A stretch of 63,931 nucleotides of DNA, counting the filler, from Lama guanicoe (taxonomy: Eukaryota), in NCBI GenBank assembly GCA_013239625.1. It is 160 parts of 160 records of this genome, joined end to end, with 100 filler letters (N's around TTAATTAATTAA, not from the genome) between each part and the next. Parts side by side here need not be neighbours in the genome. Positions count along the whole stretch, not along the records: positions 62,029 to 62,328 come from PNXV01054528.1; positions 62,429 to 62,728 come from PNXV01054529.1; positions 62,829 to 63,129 come from PNXV01054530.1; positions 63,230 to 63,530 come from PNXV01054531.1; positions 63,631 to 63,931 come from PNXV01054532.1; 155 more parts are not named here. One strand, 5' to 3'. A program made the position numbers and the translations under genes. Shown in pieces: positions 61,929 to 63,931 of the stretch (the stretch's first letter is position 1; the number at the start of each line of letters is the position of its first letter). Under the pieces are notes generated by a model that was given only the letters and a program-made list of their open reading frames with translations, had not been told where the DNA came from and did not search any database.

Positions 61929-62028
61929 NNNNNNNNNNNNNNNNNNNNNNNNNNNNNNNNNNNNNNNNNNNNTTAATTAATTAANNNNNNNNNNNNNNNN
62001 NNNNNNNNNNNNNNNNNNNNNNNNNNNN

Positions 62029-62328
62029 AGATACCTGCACCCCAATGTTCATAGCAGCACTGTTTACAATAGCCACGACATGGAAACAGCCTAAATGTGC
62101 ATCGACTGGATAAAGAGGCTGTCGTATTTATATACAGTGGAATACTACTCAGCCATAAGAAAGAGTAAAATAATGCCTTTTGCAGCAACGTGGATGGACC
62201 CAGACATTATCATACTAAGTGAATAAGCCAGGAAGAGAAAGACAAAAACTACATGATATCACTTATATGTGGACTTTTTAAATGACACAAATGAACTTAT
62301 TTACAAAACAGAAACACACTCACAGACA
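62029..62328 (+). mobile_element. LINE-1 ORF2 end / 3'UTR
   Basis: gcaccccaatgttcatagcagcact, ggaatactactcagccataa, tggatggacc, atgatatcacttatatgtgga, atgaacttatttacaaaacagaaac. Confidence 0.95.
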
Positions 62329-62828
62329 NNNNNNNNNNNNNNNNNNNNNNNNNNNNNNNNNNNNNNNNNNNNTTAATTAATTAANNNNNNNNNNNNNNNN
62401 NNNNNNNNNNNNNNNNNNNNNNNNNNNNCTGTTTGCCTTCAGATGACACAACTGTCTGTAGGACTGCAAATCCCCTGAAGACATTGCTATCACAGCTGCT
62501 TTACTGTTTATCCTGGAGGCCACTCATATTGGGAGCTACTTTCCTGCTGATAAAACCTACAGGAATGCATCTTAGAAGAAGGTAGCTTAACTATGTTATG
62601 AAAGAATTTCATCTCCTGCATTTTAGTCCTTCCCAATGATAATGAAAGGATAATTCCAACAAAAATACAGTGAATTTTCTTTTTTTATTAAGTTATAGTC
62701 AGTTTACAATGTTGTGTCAATTTCTGGTNNNNNNNNNNNNNNNNNNNNNNNNNNNNNNNNNNNNNNNNNNNNTTAATTAATTAANNNNNNNNNNNNNNNN
62801 NNNNNNNNNNNNNNNNNNNNNNNNNNNN

Positions 62829-63129
62829 TCTAGAGAATGTTCTGGGCATACTTGAAGAGAATGTGTTGTTGTTGTTGTTGTTTTTGGATGTAGTGTCCTG
62901 TAGATATCAATTAAGTCCAACTGTTCTAGTGTGTAACATTTAGAGTCTTTGTTGCCTAAAAAAATCAATAATACTTTTTTGTCTGGAATATCTGTCCATT
63001 GATGTCAGTCTGGGGTTAAAGCCTCCTACCATAACTGTAGTCCTGTCAGTCTATCTTTCTTCTCCTTTTGGAACACCCATTATACGTAGATTGGCACACT
63101 TTATATTATCCCATAGATCTCATATGTTG
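62829..63129 (-). mobile_element. LINE-1 ORF2 endonuclease fragment
   Basis: tagagaatgttc, cttgaagagaatgtg, tcaattaagtccaactg, tctgtccattgatgtcagt, ttaaagcctcctac. Confidence 0.85.
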
Positions 63130-63931
63130 NNNNNNNNNNNNNNNNNNNNNNNNNNNNNNNNNNNNNNNNNNNNTTAATTAATTAANNNNNNNNNNNNNNN
63201 NNNNNNNNNNNNNNNNNNNNNNNNNNNNNCTCAAGGCCTCAAGCAGTTTCAGGGACTTTCTTCATTAAATCCTCTCTACATTCTGAACTAACGTATCAGG
63301 GGCGTTTGCCTGTCGGCAGATGGTAAAACAAATGGACTAGAAAAGGGACCTTCAGGGCCGGGCAAGCCCGGTCCTAAAGGAATTCGTCTTCTTAACTTGA
63401 ATCCTGATGGTCTGATGCTAGGCAAAAGGGGCACGACTTGGGTCAGTTCAGTAGGGGAACACTAAGACTTGGGTGTTCTGTGACAGGGACAGGTAGGAGA
63501 CTTTCTCAAAGAAATAGCATCCTAGCCTCCNNNNNNNNNNNNNNNNNNNNNNNNNNNNNNNNNNNNNNNNNNNNTTAATTAATTAANNNNNNNNNNNNNN
63601 NNNNNNNNNNNNNNNNNNNNNNNNNNNNNNGTTCTCCATGGATGGAGACACTTACACCTTCCTCCCTTCCTGTCCTTCTGCCTAAGGATTCTTTTAGTGT
63701 GCTATTGACTGGAAGTTCTTGTTGTGTAACCTGCATCCTTCCTGCTGTAAGAATATCTCCTGGGACTAGAAGAAGGTAAAGGAGGAGAAATTCTCTTAGG
63801 CAGAGAGGAAGGAGAGAGGCTCAGGATGATTCGACAGGGGGAAATGTGCAGAGATAATGAAACATGTAAAGCTCAAGTTAACTTGAAAATGGGAGCACTC
63901 CACTTCCAGGCACTCAGCCGTCAGAGAGGAT

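Noticed and set aside
1545..62968. Most ORFs in the supplied track, especially those ending in X...N or X...LIN
   Set aside because: They run into N gaps and stop in the linker, often use non-ATG starts, and lie in repeats, GC-rich DNA or antisense L1.
300..63630. Regularly spaced identical TTAATTAATTAA with unique ~300-bp 'spacers', resembling a CRISPR-like array or novel repeat system
   Set aside because: The 12-mer is always centred in 88 Ns and is a six-frame-stop linker. The intervening DNA is unrelated mammalian sequence and there are no cas genes. This is an assembly artefact.

Overview
This is not a contiguous locus. It is an artificial concatenation of about 160 unrelated mammalian contigs of about 300 bp, each separated by an identical 100-bp spacer (44 N + TTAATTAATTAA + 44 N), as in a pooled 'unplaced' pseudo-scaffold. 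Adjacent contigs have no biological linkage, and most ORFs in the supplied track are artefacts that end in the spacer. A tRNA-derived SINE of the camelid type suggests alpaca, llama or camel DNA (inference). Recognisable content: many LINE-1 fragments plus MIR, MER and LTR pieces; two 93%-identical open gag fragments of a JSRV/ENTV-like betaretroviral ERV; a frameshifted OTOF exon copy; exon fragments of THADA, ANXA8 and probably MAPKAPK2; the RAN 3'UTR; an NDUFS8 processed pseudogene; the start of a 5S rRNA gene with its D-box; several CpG islands; and tandem repeats (about 249-bp and 267-bp satellites, a 39-bp GC-rich repeat, a 7-bp/110-bp higher-order repeat, degenerate telomere-like hexamers). 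I found no multi-gene novel system, and none could be supported across unlinked contigs. The best leads are the betaretroviral ERV family, the degenerate OTOF exon and the 39-bp open-frame repeat. All gene and family names come from recalled sequences, not database searches.
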